Positions 48,330 through 59,993 of a stretch of DNA of 64,000 bases are shown in pieces. Below the pieces are notes generated by a model. That model worked only from the letters and a program-made list of their open reading frames with translations, had not been told where the DNA came from and searched no databases. The position numbers and the translations under genes were made by a program. The stretch is from Rhodosorus marinus CCMP1338. Taxonomy: Eukaryota; Plantae; Rhodophyta. Each line of letters starts with the position of its first letter. Position 1 is the first letter of the stretch. The stretch lies in the NCBI GenBank assembly GCA_029953675.1, contig JAMWBK010000004.1, positions 1,364,001 through 1,428,000 of the forward strand, read 5' to 3'.

Positions 48330-49200
48330 AGGGGGGGGTGAGTTTGGAGTGCTTCAGGTCGAACTCAAAACCTGACATCTCCTCTTGTGGGATTCGTCAT
48401 GGTAAGGCGTCATCCACAAAAATTTTCTTTCGGGCGATGAACTCCGGGAGCATATGCCCGTTGCGCTGGTCTCTCTGTCGTAGTCAAATGGGCCGTTTCA
48501 GTACAAAAAGCCTCGCTTATACATCGCGCAGGTGACATGCATTGAGGAGTGTGCCGTTGTTGGCAGAAAGGTTTAGCTATCCGATAGAATTGACAAGGCC
48601 GGTGGAATCGTGCTCTTGGATTCCCAGATCATGGCTTGTATCCAGCAGACGGGAAGGGAGCACTAGTGAATGCAATCCTCAGGACCTCAGAATGGTGTAT
48701 ATTCCCGCGGAAGAGATGATAGACACGCCAGAGTGCCGAGTTCCTATCAGGGGGCCAACTGGAATTTCAAAGTTCGAACAAAAACCGGGCCTGCTGCATG
48801 AACAGGTTGAAACCCCCAAGAGCAGCAGGCCCAAAACAAGCATAGACTTTTCGCGGGCAGATTTAATCTCCAACAGAGGAAACCTGAAACCAAGGGCGAC
48901 CCTTACACACGCCAAGGCCAGAAAACGTATTGAAGTGGAAGGTGTACAGGTCCTTGCGATCCACTAGTCTCTTAGTAGAGGCTCCACGTTTTTGCATCGG
49001 GGAAGCCTCCCTCGGTATTTCGCCGTGTCTGGAGATAGCAAACTCTTTCGTACGACTGTTGATTGGGACGCTGATTTTGGTTGTGAAGGTCATCAGTATC
49101 GACTGGCTTGTGCCTATCGTCTTTACGCGCGTCGTTACTCCGTTCACCGAGATCCTTCAGCCAGTTAGCCCGAGATGCTCGACTGCAATCGACTTGCACG
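48330..49200 (-). mobile_element. Possible highly decayed Ty3/gypsy-like reverse transcriptase relic
   Basis: Weak motif echoes in the correct order across shifting frames: RKDDRHKPVDTDDLHN, LYTFHFNTFSGL, SIISSAGI, GLVNS and KKILWTP. No intact YxDD. Confidence 0.3.
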
Positions 49201-51303
49201 ATTTTCTATCAGAAAGGTTTCAGCGAAGCGTCCATCCCCCGCAATCGGCAGATCGATGGCTTCTAGACGCTCCTAATCAACGCCAGCAATGAGTCCTCAG
49301 GTTGATTTTGACCTCTTTGATCGAAAAAAGGAGGAGTTAGTATCCTAGGTAACACAGATCAGACACACTTCATATCTGTCTTCTCCCCCCCAAGCCCGCC
49401 CCCAAGCGAACTTTCTCCTTCAAAAACGGAAACTCCCCAAACTTTCAGAGAAGTTTCCTTGCAAACTCAATAGACACCATCTCCCCCCGTTTATCTAATA
49501 CGATTAAAAAACATTAATAGTTCTACAAAACAGACATCAAGCAAAAGCTCTATCTAAATTTTTCAAAAACTCCACATATTTGCCAGTCAGAGAATCATTG
49601 CCTCCACGCCCTTTTTTTTCAAAATCAGCCCCTTCAAATTGGGAACCCCTATATCTCCATACATTTACCGTATATTCATATATATGATCTATATATTCAG
49701 TATAGTCCTATTCTAGTTTTCAAATTTTTGATCTATGGACGTATGTATCTTCAATCAGATCGTAATTTTCGTTGTATGATCAATTCCTACCCCCCCCCCT
49801 TTTCCGCGCCCAAATCTTTAAATCGGATTTGTTTTGTCCGTTTTGAGGTTTCTGGGGGTAGAAGCTGAATATGGTCAGAACTCCCGAGCTGACGGATTTT
49901 GAATAAATATACAAAAAACAAAAATCCTTTGCATATATTATTGTACAATTTGAAATGCATATTTCATGTCCATTTATATTTTATTAAATTATTTGATTAC
50001 TTACACCAATCGGAGAATGCTAAAAATGGTTATCAAAGATTAATTTAGAAAACAGAGATTTTTCACACCGGCAGGGGGTGAAGAATCCCTGGGTGACAGT
50101 GGGGGACTTTCAACGCAAACTCAATAGATGTTTTTAAAAACAACATTATTCGTGATTGTTATTTACTTTTTCCTTGATCACTGAGAAAGGAAACCGGCAA
50201 TCAGGGGGGTGTTAGTTTCAGGGATAAATCACAACACCAAATAGAGACGTTTTTGGGGGGGGGGGATGGGGGTGGTCCTGATTGGAACATGGTGAATGTT
50301 CAGACAGAGAATTGGGAATCAGGGCACGAGGTTGGATTCTTTTATTGACAAGTACATGTAAGCTACTAAATCGATTTTTCATAGCCATCAATGGGTTTGG
50401 AGGAGGATGGGACTGCGGAGGGTATCAATCAGGCTCAGGGAGGGGGGATGGGGGAGGGGGGGGTTCCGTTTGGGCCTCCCCAGTCAAAGTTATGGTATAT
50501 AGAAAAACTACTTTCAAAAATGACTAGTGCCGAATTTTTTTCCACATCAAAAGCAGTAAGTGTCCTGTTGTCTCCCTTGGTTGTTTTGCAAGCCAAAAAA
50601 AGGGAAGGGTTTTCTGGAGATACCATGGAGCAGAGAATGCGTTCCCCTCTAAATTTGTCTGCTAGTGGGAGATTGAGAGAGAAACAAGGAGTTCCGATGT
50701 CGCCGGCACTACCCTAGGATCCGTTTAGGGGAGAACTTTTCGGCTAAAAAAAAGTTGGCAAAAATCACTCTCCCAGCTTAGATACGTTGTGATCCTTCCG
50801 CGCGAGGCGGATTGAAGTCTGAGGGAGGTCTTGTTGTTTTCGCTTTTGTTCTGAGTTTTTTCTTCTGCTTAGCGGAAGCTTTATCAGGGAAGAGAGTTGT
50901 GAACTTTTTCTCGGACGGGGGGACCATGTTTTTTACCAATGCAAAAACTCAGTGAAAGCCTCAGTTGCTGCTCTCTACGTTCTCCCTTGTCTGAACATGG
51001 CATTGGTAAACGATGTCACTTTGGTGCGAACGTGATGGATTTGAACCGATCACAGCTTACTCTCTTCTGGGGGAAAAAAAAAGAGGCAGGGTTTAGCACC
51101 TAAAATGGGTTTCTTGCTGTTGCTTGTTAGAGAAGATGTTTTACTACTCTGCTTGATTTTCGCAGTCGTCTAGGTACTACCTACTTAAGTTTCCTGCCAA
51201 ACCGAATGACGCGAGTTAGGTAGAAGAGGTGTTCGTGTTGGCCCTTTTTTTCACTAGCGAGTGTGCATGGAGTAGACCTTTTCTGTAGATATTGATCGTG
51301 AAC

Positions 51304-51765
51304 ATGTTGTCAGTAACATCAAGTCCTAAGAGCCGCCTGTTTCCCCAGGAGCGGATGAGGCAACAAGCGAGGGAGAACCGTGTACCCGTCGTTGGAGCGG
51401 GAGCGCCTGCAAGAAGATCTGCACCTTTGGAAATGGAGAGGCAGAAGAGTTACGCGGGAAACCGCTTCCCCGCGAGAGGCAGCACATCGGAAGATAATTC
51501 TATCGAGGGAAGGTCGAAATCCTTCGCCTTGACGCGTTCACCGACCGAGGAGAATTTCCGAAGGCACGCTATGCGGAAATCGGCGACTGAGGATTCATTG
51601 CGGAGGCTACAATCCGGGGGTGGATCACCAGACAATGGGTTCAGGAGCATGCCCTCTGCTCGCTCCCCTCCAATCAAGATGAATAAGCAGGGCACCAACC
51701 CCGCGGCTGACTCGTTGAAGCGGGCTCAGTCCAGTCGCGCAACGAGGACGGGCTTGGTCACATAA
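51304..51765 (+). CDS. Hypothetical Ser/Arg-rich low-complexity protein (~153 aa)
   Basis: An isolated GC-rich ORF in AT-rich surroundings with repeated RxxS sites (RQKSY, RSKSF, RKSAT, RAQSS). No recognisable domain. Confidence 0.55.
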   Translation: MLSVTSSPKSRLFPQERMRQQARENRVPVVGAGAPARRSAPLEMERQKSYAGNRFPARGSTSEDNSIEGRSKSFALTRSPTEENFRRHAMRKSATEDSLRRLQSGGGSPDNGFRSMPSARSPPIKMNKQGTNPAADSLKRAQSSRATRTGLVT

Positions 51766-52833
51766 ACCTTTACTATCTACCGAACGATGAACAATACGGG
51801 GAGCTGAGAGCTCACGTTGCTGTAGTATGTATGTAATTCTAAACTATTAAATGGTAACCTTTTTTGAGAAGAACAACTGCGGACGCCACTCCACCTTAAC
51901 CGCAACTCACGAGATTTCAGAATCATTACCCCAGGGCTGATGATACCCGCAGTTGAACAGGGCTTCTTGCCCGCAACATCGTTGATACGGTTCCCAAGCT
52001 GTCCCCTTGACGAACAACATTGACAAAGCCGCGTCTGCCCGTTTCGAGATAACTATCAAATATTTGTAATTTTTACTCCAATCTGAAGGAGGCCCAATGG
52101 CACGACAAAACGCAAGCAATGTGGGCAGTTGAGCACCTCGTACTGGACTGGCTGAAGCGGATCTATAGACCCTTCCCTTAGTAACACAGTGACGACTTTA
52201 AGATGAAGAATCTTGCCACCGGCGCTCGCTTGGGTCCGTGGGCTTGTCTTCTCGTCAACGTAGGTTGCCTCAATTGTTCGGGGACGTCCGGCATATATAC
52301 CCAGAGCAGCTTTCCGATTCTTGCTGTTTTCTTTTTTTTTTCAGACAGGGGTTTAGCAAATGCTTCACGTTTTGACGTCGGACTGCGGAAAGTAACTTTA
52401 TAGGGCTGCTGTACTGCGTTGCTCGGATGCTCGCTCTCGACGCGCTTGCTGGCCCAGGCGAGACCGTGGAGCTCAGAACTTGCGAGGGTTCTAGCTGATC
52501 GGAATTCACCAGGAGGGTTTTCCAAACGAACGGATTTTGGGTATAGAGCGTGAAATTCTGACGGATGATACGTAAATGAAGTGTTCTAGGGGAACCGAAC
52601 TCTCCTTGTGAATCCATTCGTGAGATTCCCGGACGCCCGCTTAGCCAATGAGCCCTGCAGAGCGATGATCCACCTGTCAGAATCAGGGCTCTCATGGCCG
52701 CAGTTTGTTTGTTCTGGTAAGTATTGTTTATTGAGTTCTTCAGATCTTTGGCAGAGGGATACTACCAAATGATTAAAAAGGTAAGAGGGTAAAATGGTAC
52801 GAAGCAGAATTCTAGTCAATCTCCTGCTTCAAG

Positions 52834-54567
52834 TTACATGTACTGCTGGCCAGGGAGGTCACCCATTCCATCTCCAACTTGTGCCTTCTTCTCTGGAATT
52901 TCAGATACGAGACACTCAGTCGTCAGAACAAGGGATGCAATGGAGACGGAGTTCTCCAGACCCCAGCAGACGACCTTCGTGGGGTCAATAACTCCAGCTT
53001 CGAAAAGGTTCTCGTACGTGTCTGTTCTAGCGTTGTATCCCATACCGAAATCCATCTCGGCAACCTTTGACAGAACGACTTCACCCTCCTGTCCGGCATT
53101 GTCCGCAATCTGCTTGATCGGTGATCGCAGAGCCCTCTGTACGATCAACATGCCGTACCTCTCGTCCTCATCGCCCGAATCGCTCTGCAGATCGTCCAAC
53201 ACTCTGGAGGCGTTGAGGAGGGTAGTGCCCCCCCCAGGGACGACGCCCATCTCAACAGCGGCCTTGGTTGCGTTCAGGGCATCCTCGTATCGAAGCTTCT
53301 TGTCCTTGAGCTCGGTCTCAGTCGCAGCTCCGACCTTGATTCTTGCAATGCCGCCTCCAAGCCTGGCTGCTCTCTCCTCCAACTTCTCCTTGTCAAACTG
53401 AGAGGTGGAATTCTCCAGCTCGGCCTTGATTGCTCCAACTCTCTCGTTCACCTCGTCTTGATGCTCTCCTGTGGAAATGATTGTGGTGCTCTCCTTTGCG
53501 ACAACAATTCTCTCCGCCGTGCCGAGCTGATCAATGGTGAGCGAGTCAAGCGTCAAGCCAATGTCCTCCGCAACGTACGTAGATCCGGTGAGGATCGCAA
53601 TGTCCTGAAGGTAAGCCTTCCTCCTATCACCAAAGCCTGGGGCCTTGATGGCGACGCAATCAAGAACTCCACGCATCTTGTTGACGACGAGGGTGGAGAG
53701 GGCCTCTCCAGTGAGATCCTCGGCGACAATAAACAAAGGCTCCTTGGACTTGACGATGGCCTCTAAGATGGGGATGATTTCCTGAATGTTGTTGAGCTTC
53801 ATGTCCGTAACAAGCACACGTGGCTTCTTCAGCTCGGCGACCTGTCGCTCCTGGTCGTTGACGAAGTACGGGGAGATGAAACCTCGGTCAAACTCCATTC
53901 CCTCGGTGAACTCAACCTCATCTTCCAAACTCTGAGACTCCTCAACAACCGTTGATCCGTTCACTCCAGATCGCTCAAATGAAGTCGAAATAATGTTACC
54001 AATCTTCTCGTCATTGCCTGCGGAGATCGTCGCAACCGCGCGAATATCCTCGATTCCAGTAACATCGCGCGACAAGCGCCTAATCTCTTCAACAACCTGC
54101 TTCGACGCGGCCTCCATACCGCGACGCATCATGACGGGGTTCCTCCCGGCACTCACACCTCGCATACCCTCCTTCACCATAGCCTGGCAAAGTACAGTGG
54201 AAGTAGTGGTTCCGTCTCCTGCCTTGATATCGGTCTTGGATGCTACTTCCTGGATAAGCTTCGCACCAGTGTTCGCCTCCGGGTCGGCAAGGGATATATC
54301 CTTGGCAATTGTTACCCCATCATTAACCACCTGCGGGGCACCATACGACTTCTGCAACACGACGTTTCGTCCACGGGGTCCGAGGGTGATCTTCACGGCA
54401 TTCGCAACAGCATCAATCCCCTCAACAAGCTTGCTCCGTGCGTCATCGGAGAAGGTCACCTTCTTCGACATCATTACCACAGATCCAGTCCTGTTAGCCT
54501 TGGACGGAACGATCAGCGGCCTTCCCGACCGCGATCCCAAAAACCCAGAAGTCCCAACGAAAGCCAT
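52834..54567 (-). CDS. cpn60: Plastid-targeted chaperonin 60 (GroEL family), 577 aa, intronless
   Basis: MAFV transit peptide, then TLGPRGRNVV, VVNDGVTIAK, AGDGTTT, AIKAPGFGDRRK, GIARIKVGAATETELKDKKLRYEDALNAT and GVVPGGG. Confidence 0.97.
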   Translation of the reverse strand: MAFVGTSGFLGSRSGRPLIVPSKANRTGSVVMMSKKVTFSDDARSKLVEGIDAVANAVKITLGPRGRNVVLQKSYGAPQVVNDGVTIAKDISLADPEANTGAKLIQEVASKTDIKAGDGTTTSTVLCQAMVKEGMRGVSAGRNPVMMRRGMEAASKQVVEEIRRLSRDVTGIEDIRAVATISAGNDEKIGNIISTSFERSGVNGSTVVEESQSLEDEVEFTEGMEFDRGFISPYFVNDQERQVAELKKPRVLVTDMKLNNIQEIIPILEAIVKSKEPLFIVAEDLTGEALSTLVVNKMRGVLDCVAIKAPGFGDRRKAYLQDIAILTGSTYVAEDIGLTLDSLTIDQLGTAERIVVAKESTTIISTGEHQDEVNERVGAIKAELENSTSQFDKEKLEERAARLGGGIARIKVGAATETELKDKKLRYEDALNATKAAVEMGVVPGGGTTLLNASRVLDDLQSDSGDEDERYGMLIVQRALRSPIKQIADNAGQEGEVVLSKVAEMDFGMGYNARTDTYENLFEAGVIDPTKVVCWGLENSVSIASLVLTTECLVSEIPEKKAQVGDGMGDLPGQQYM

Positions 54568-56105
54568 CTTGTCACCCACAACCAACAACAACGACGAAAA
54601 AATAGATGTTCAAACTAAAACTCAACGGCCAGAACTTCTACAAATCTCTCTTACAGCAACACTTTTTGTTGATCCCTCCTCTCCCACCCACCCCACCCTA
54701 AACCAACCTCCCCCCCCCCCCTCCCGACCGACCAAACCGCGCCGGACTCCAAAAGACCTTTAAATGCGATGAACCTTCAGCGTCCCTCTGTCATACTACG
54801 AAAACTGACATTTCACCGTCAACCCTAAGCCCACACGCGGAAACAATAACTACCCCCCTCCTCCTCTTTTTGCATTTCAACGAATTGGACTATGATCAAT
54901 CTCCGCAAGGTCAACACACCCCTTAAAGCATAACCATCTTCTTTTGATTTCCTACCCTTTGACTTACAAAGTATGAATTACATATTTTTCAATATATAGA
55001 TAATAAAATTGTGAGTAGATTTTTCTATCAGGGGTAGAATCGGATTTATAAATAGTAATCTGTCTAATTGGAACAGATGGGAAGGGGGGAGAATTTCGTA
55101 AACAAAAAGCAAAAGATTCGAAATGAGGAGAGGGGGGAAGGAATTGGCGACGGAATTTGCGAAGATTTTATCCGAACCGGTTTTTTTAGGTCGTGACGAT
55201 AGGATTCTGCTTCTGTGGAAGAAATAGAAAGAAAACTGTGAAAAACCATGCAATCTCCAAGCTTCGGGTTTGGATCGTTGTGACAATTCTCATTTCTGTT
55301 ACATTTCCTACGTTTTACTCCGTTTTATATTCCGAATATGGGAGTATTAGTCTACTAAATTTTACTTTCGGCGAAACTATTATTAAGAAACAACTCTTTT
55401 TAGTAAAGCAAGGAGGTGTCGCCAATGCTCCCGTAAGGTCTCGTTGTCTAGTTTTGAGATTAAGGTTCTCGAACGTTCGTTTTCGAGTGGGTGCGACGGC
55501 CGTTACCAAAATCAAATCATGTTATCACACGTGTCTATGACCAAATGCACGTTTTTCCCACAGTGATCTCAAGGGGCTAAACGCACCTGCGCAAGGAACA
55601 ATGTAATCCTCTAATTCAATTTGTAAAAACAAGTATATTAGTAATAACGCTTGAAAGTTAGGGGGGTGGGGAATGGAGAGCTTTATCCATGGTCGATAGT
55701 GAGCCTATTTCGATGACGGGGAATTATTTTCTAAAAACGAACCCCAAAGGCGGGTGTGATTTGTGTGGATTTTTCTCAAATAATTTAGATGGAGTCTTTT
55801 CCACGAAGGGGAACTCCTCTCGAGAGCCATTTTTTCAACGAAAAACCTACTGTTGAAGTTCCAGCAGCCTAGCCAATCAAATGTCAACACGTGCGGGTAC
55901 GAATTCTTTCCTAGTACAATTTGTTATTGTACTAGAATTACTTTGGATAATGACTGGGAGGGGGTCGAATGCGAGAGCCTGGTTCGTCCTCGGAAGGGTG
56001 AGCCGCACGCGGTATACTGACGGAGACTTCTACAAGACGATATTGGACTCCACTATCTAGCAAGTTTGTTTACTTCGATTTGTCGGCGTTGCAAAAAAAC
56101 ACGAA

Positions 56106-56831
56106 TCAAGGAGACGTGTTCGACAGAGGAGTTGTCTCAGAATTCTTTCTATACAGGACGTAGTGCTGAAGGAGAAAGACCACGTCAAAGCCTATGCTTG
56201 TGAACCCGAGAAGGAACTTCACGGGATTGTCCAAGACAGATGACCAGTCCTTCCGGAGAAGCCCATCTATGACGACCTGAAGCATGGAGAGACTCCCGCC
56301 GGTGAAGTCTAGAAGGACATTCCACACGTTCCAGCCGACTGTAGATCGCCTGCTGTGGTTAAGCAGGACTTGCGGAACGTATTTGCCTGCTGTTATCGCG
56401 AGTTTCACGAAGCTTAAGGAAAGCAGCAGAGTCTTCCAGCTCAGAAACTCCGACGCAAAGGACAGTTTCATCAATGTGAAAATCAGCGCAGACGAAACCA
56501 CCGATCCCGAAACGAGCTTACAAAGGGGCGAGACTTTCTGCTCTCCACGATCATATATACTACACTGTAACGCCGTCACAGAAGTGAGCAAGAAAGCGTG
56601 AACGCTGAAGAACACATCGTTCAAACGAGCCGATGTCGGATACGCAGCGATGGTGAAGGCCGCATAGCAGGAAAACCCGAGCAGATTATAACAAACAAAG
56701 TCCAGGGACAGCCCCTGTACACTCCTCCTCCCATAGTTTGTTACCACCTGCGGATAGAACGATACACTCCAGCTTAGAAAGTACAGCCATCCAATTGCCC
56801 ATGAAACGAACCCCCACGTCACCCAAACCAT
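56106..56831 (-). CDS. CTNS: Cystinosin-like PQ-loop lysosomal/vacuolar transporter
   Basis: GWLYFLSWSVSFYPQ..RRSVQGLSLDF and KYVPQ..RRSTVGWNVWNVLLDFTGG..NPVKFLLG..QHYVLY. The start codon is uncertain (first ATG 56831). Confidence 0.9.
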   Translation of the reverse strand: MVWVTWGFVSWAIGWLYFLSWSVSFYPQVVTNYGRRSVQGLSLDFVCYNLLGFSCYAAFTIAAYPTSARLNDVFFSVHAFLLTSVTALQCSIYDRGEQKVSPLCKLVSGSVVSSALIFTLMKLSFASEFLSWKTLLLSLSFVKLAITAGKYVPQVLLNHSRRSTVGWNVWNVLLDFTGGSLSMLQVVIDGLLRKDWSSVLDNPVKFLLGFTSIGFDVVFLLQHYVLYRKNSETTPLSNTSP

Positions 56832-56884
56832 CCCACTGCTTGCAACCTCTTCAGCGCAGTTCCTACAGACCAACTTTCGATGCC

Positions 56885-57830
56885 ATGGCCACCAGATTCC
56901 TCAGTGACGCCTCCTCCGAAAGCACTCCTAAAGCCGATCTAACTTCAGCTTGGGATCGGAGAGGATTCTCTGACCAGCAAAGTTCCGTCATCGAAACACT
57001 AGTTCACCTTGTCGCCCGAAGCGCTCACCTGCTTTCCGATCTCTCAAAGACTTCACATCGGATTGTAGGTCTTACAGACTAAACGCAAGTCAGGGGTATG
57101 ATAAGCATACAAATCTTCATCAAGTCCATCCAAGTCGGTCTCTTAAGTGATCAACGCAGTGTATGAATGTCTTTATCGGTTGTCCAACTAGCCCCGGCAG
57201 GTACAAGTTGTCCTCTTATGAGCCGCCGCTGTGTCTAGAGTACTCGCGTCGACAGAGTTGATCACCAAGGTCTTAGGTCAATGCTGTTCTTGTGTATATA
57301 GTGAGATCTGGGAGGGGCTCAGATGCCGCCAAGGCTTCAAGGAGAGGTATTTATCACTCTAGCCTCGTAACGAAGATTTTGCTGCAACAGATAAAGAAGC
57401 CACAGTCAGAACCGCTTGAAAGCCGTGATTGAGCTACTATTGAGGACGAAAGTCCAGAGATGCTCAATGAACATGCGGTTGCCCTCTTTGCGTTAAGAGC
57501 GACCGGTTCACCTGGTCAAGGCAAGCCACAACTGTACTGAGGATTGGAGTACACTGTTAAGAACTTCAGGAGAGTGTTAGAACTAGACCACCCTGCCACT
57601 GATACGTCCAACAACACGTCTGCACGCTTGTTGGTTTTTTTTTTGGTTCAAGGCAGGTTACTCTTTCTTCTTTTAATCCAATTTCGAACGAGAAGCTGTA
57701 GTTTCAAACTCCAGTCGAGCGGCGATCGCGAGATCCAGCGCTGTGTTCTTGCTAAGCTGGTAGAGGTTTTTGATACAAAAAGGCCAGTCGCCATCGAAGA
57801 TATTAAGCATGGTTAATTTAGTGCGGTCAG
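56885..57830 (+). CDS. Hypothetical multi-exon protein, head-to-head with cystinosin
   Basis: ATG in gccatgg context 54 nt from the cystinosin ATG, with a 60-codon first exon ending at donor gtaggt (57065). Further donors at 57201 and about 57346. The downstream exons could not be resolved. Confidence 0.35.
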
Positions 57831-58015
57831 CTTCTACGTCTTGGATCTTAGCATATGAAATCCAATTCTTGTTCTTTGATACGATCGGTCATCAGAAACG
57901 TTCGCGAATGAGGTTTCCGTTCAATCTCACCAGGGTACAACAGCAAAGGTCAACGTGTCACGAGAAGCGTGGACTATTCTCAATTAGGTTCCGGAAGATC
58001 GCTAGTCTCGGAGTC

Positions 58016-58559
58016 CTAGATGTCCAATCCTTTGCTTTGAACTGCTTCTTGGCTCTCTAGCAGTATCTTGACGAGGTCTGAGGTGATCTGATTGATATCG
58101 TCTACTGTTTCCAGGAGCAATCCAACGTTGGCATGGCTCTCGGCGACGAGCTTCACCAAAAGCAGCGGCGAGATGAAATAGACAACAACGTTCGTACTCA
58201 AGTACGTCACAACACTCTTACATCTTCCCATTTGCAACTTTTCAGCCAGCTCCGCCGCGATAGAAGCTGCCTCAGTGGTCTTCAGCAAGGCCAACTCAGC
58301 CTCCCCGCAAGTGCTCCCAACCGCACATGTTACAGAAACTCCTTCAAGGTCAGATACAACAGCTCCCAGCAATCCAGGAGTTCTCTGAACAAGAAATTTC
58401 AGAGGTGCGTACGAAACAACCTCCGTTCCAGACGCTCCCTCCTGAAACCCCCCCCCCCCCAAAAAAAAAACAGAAAACAATCAGTTCTCATCTACCAACT
58501 GACCAAACCCAAACAAAAGCGCCCTCCAGGTATCAGTTGCTCACATGACTTACCTCCAT
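58016..58559 (-). CDS. LAMTOR3: Ragulator subunit LAMTOR3/MP1-like roadblock protein
   Basis: A 6-nt first exon ATGGAG|gtaagt (58559-58554), intron 58553-58442 and exon 58441-58016. GLLGAVVSDLEGVSV..AEKLQMGRCKSVVTY..LLVKLVAESHANVGLL aligns by eye with human LAMTOR3 GLHAIVVSDRDGVPV..GSKLGLSKNKSIICY..LVVSFIASSSANTGLI. Confidence 0.8.
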
Positions 58560-59993
58560 CGTGACAGAATCAATTCAACACGTTTAGATATACAATTTTT
58601 ATCCTCAGAAGCATCGCCAAACCCGTGTCAATCCTCCTCAGTCCAGATGTTCCTGCATCACCTTCCCCATGTTAATCAAACAGAAATGTCCCACGATGAA
58701 CTTCCGTGTCCTACAACACAGCATTTGTCCCATTCCAGGAAGGCTGCGCTTATGTTCCTGGGAAGGGGGTTGTGGTACTTGTAGCACTGTGATGCTGGGG
58801 TTGAAACTTTGAGATTTGCTTCATAAGTACTGTAACCCAATCCGTTGACAACTAGCATCTGTCAGTTTACTGGTGGACAGCCAAGGTAAAATGGTCCTGT
58901 CCAGATCGGGATGGTCTGGGGTACGGTTCAGGACGTTAATGCAGTTGTTCGCTGGGTTTTAAAAAAGGTTGCAAGCATTTTTTAATATCAAGCCTTGGAC
59001 GGGACAGTTATTTCGATGCTTTCAGATTACTGTCAACCTCCTCTCAGTCAAGCCGGAAGCACACTATGTCCAGCTGCACACGCCTGATTTCCGTACTTTC
59101 TGACCGCAACAGTTTTAGATATCTGTAACTTTACCCCTCAGGTAAAGTTACATATATCACGAACAACCATGAGAATTCAAGTCCGATTCGTTCGCCCGCC
59201 CTCCTCCCAATCCAGATAACCCACCTAATCCAGCTACCATTCCTCCACGCCGGAGCCCAGTGTTTCAGACTCATAGTTTCTGCCGGAGCATTCAATGGGG
59301 AAATTGAGAGGAAATATATCACAAATTCTAATTTCAGTCAATCCAGGACCAAGACAGTCATACGCCTCCCCTCATTCCAGTACGCGTCCCACCTACGCCG
59401 AACGTCGTTTCATATGGGTAGTTTGTGCGCGAGCGCCCAACCCCGCGGGAAACTGAGAGGACAAATCCTACAGACTCCAGATTCAGGCCTAAAACACCTA
59501 TCGGACCGATTAGATCTTCAATCTATCCAAGACCAAAGTACATCCCCCCTACTCCTCACCTCATCGACACCCTGTCCCATCAATCGTTTCCGCTCGAGCA
59601 TTCAACTCTCGAAGCTCCCTCTGAAACTGATACTACTCATTCGACAAATTCCAAGCTCATTCTGATATTTCCTATCCAAGGCCTAAGTAAGCTCATCCAT
59701 CCCCTCCCAATCCAGCCCGTCATCCCTCAACACCCTATCGAACGTTTTTACGTCCATAGCCGCTCCTGCCCGAGCGTTTGGCTGACAGTAAGAATGGAGA
59801 TTGTGCGAAATAGTTTTTTTCCGCTGACGAAGATTGACTTGGGATGGATTGGTGGGATGAGACTGAGCTGTCAGTGTATGAAGGACCTGAGTAATCTGGC
59901 AACGGTATGAAAGAGGAAAAACAAAAACCGAGGACTTAGGATGATGGTAAAAAAGGAACTAGAAGATTGTGTTCTCTAAGGGAAACCTGAGGG

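Noticed and set aside
52838-54763. Long plus-strand ORFs over cpn60, and antisense ORFs over the secreted genes and STN1 (22645-23400, 38524-39183, 39595-40275, 44521-45087)
   Set aside because: They are antisense shadows of well-supported genes, caused by codon bias.
55585-55600. cctgcgcaagga, resembling part of U6 snRNA
   Set aside because: The ACAGAGA box and the rest of U6 are absent.
58600-59322. Possible small multi-exon gene on the minus strand between LAMTOR3 and CLN3
   Set aside because: GC-rich patches and splice-like sites exist, but no consistent frame or family could be assembled.
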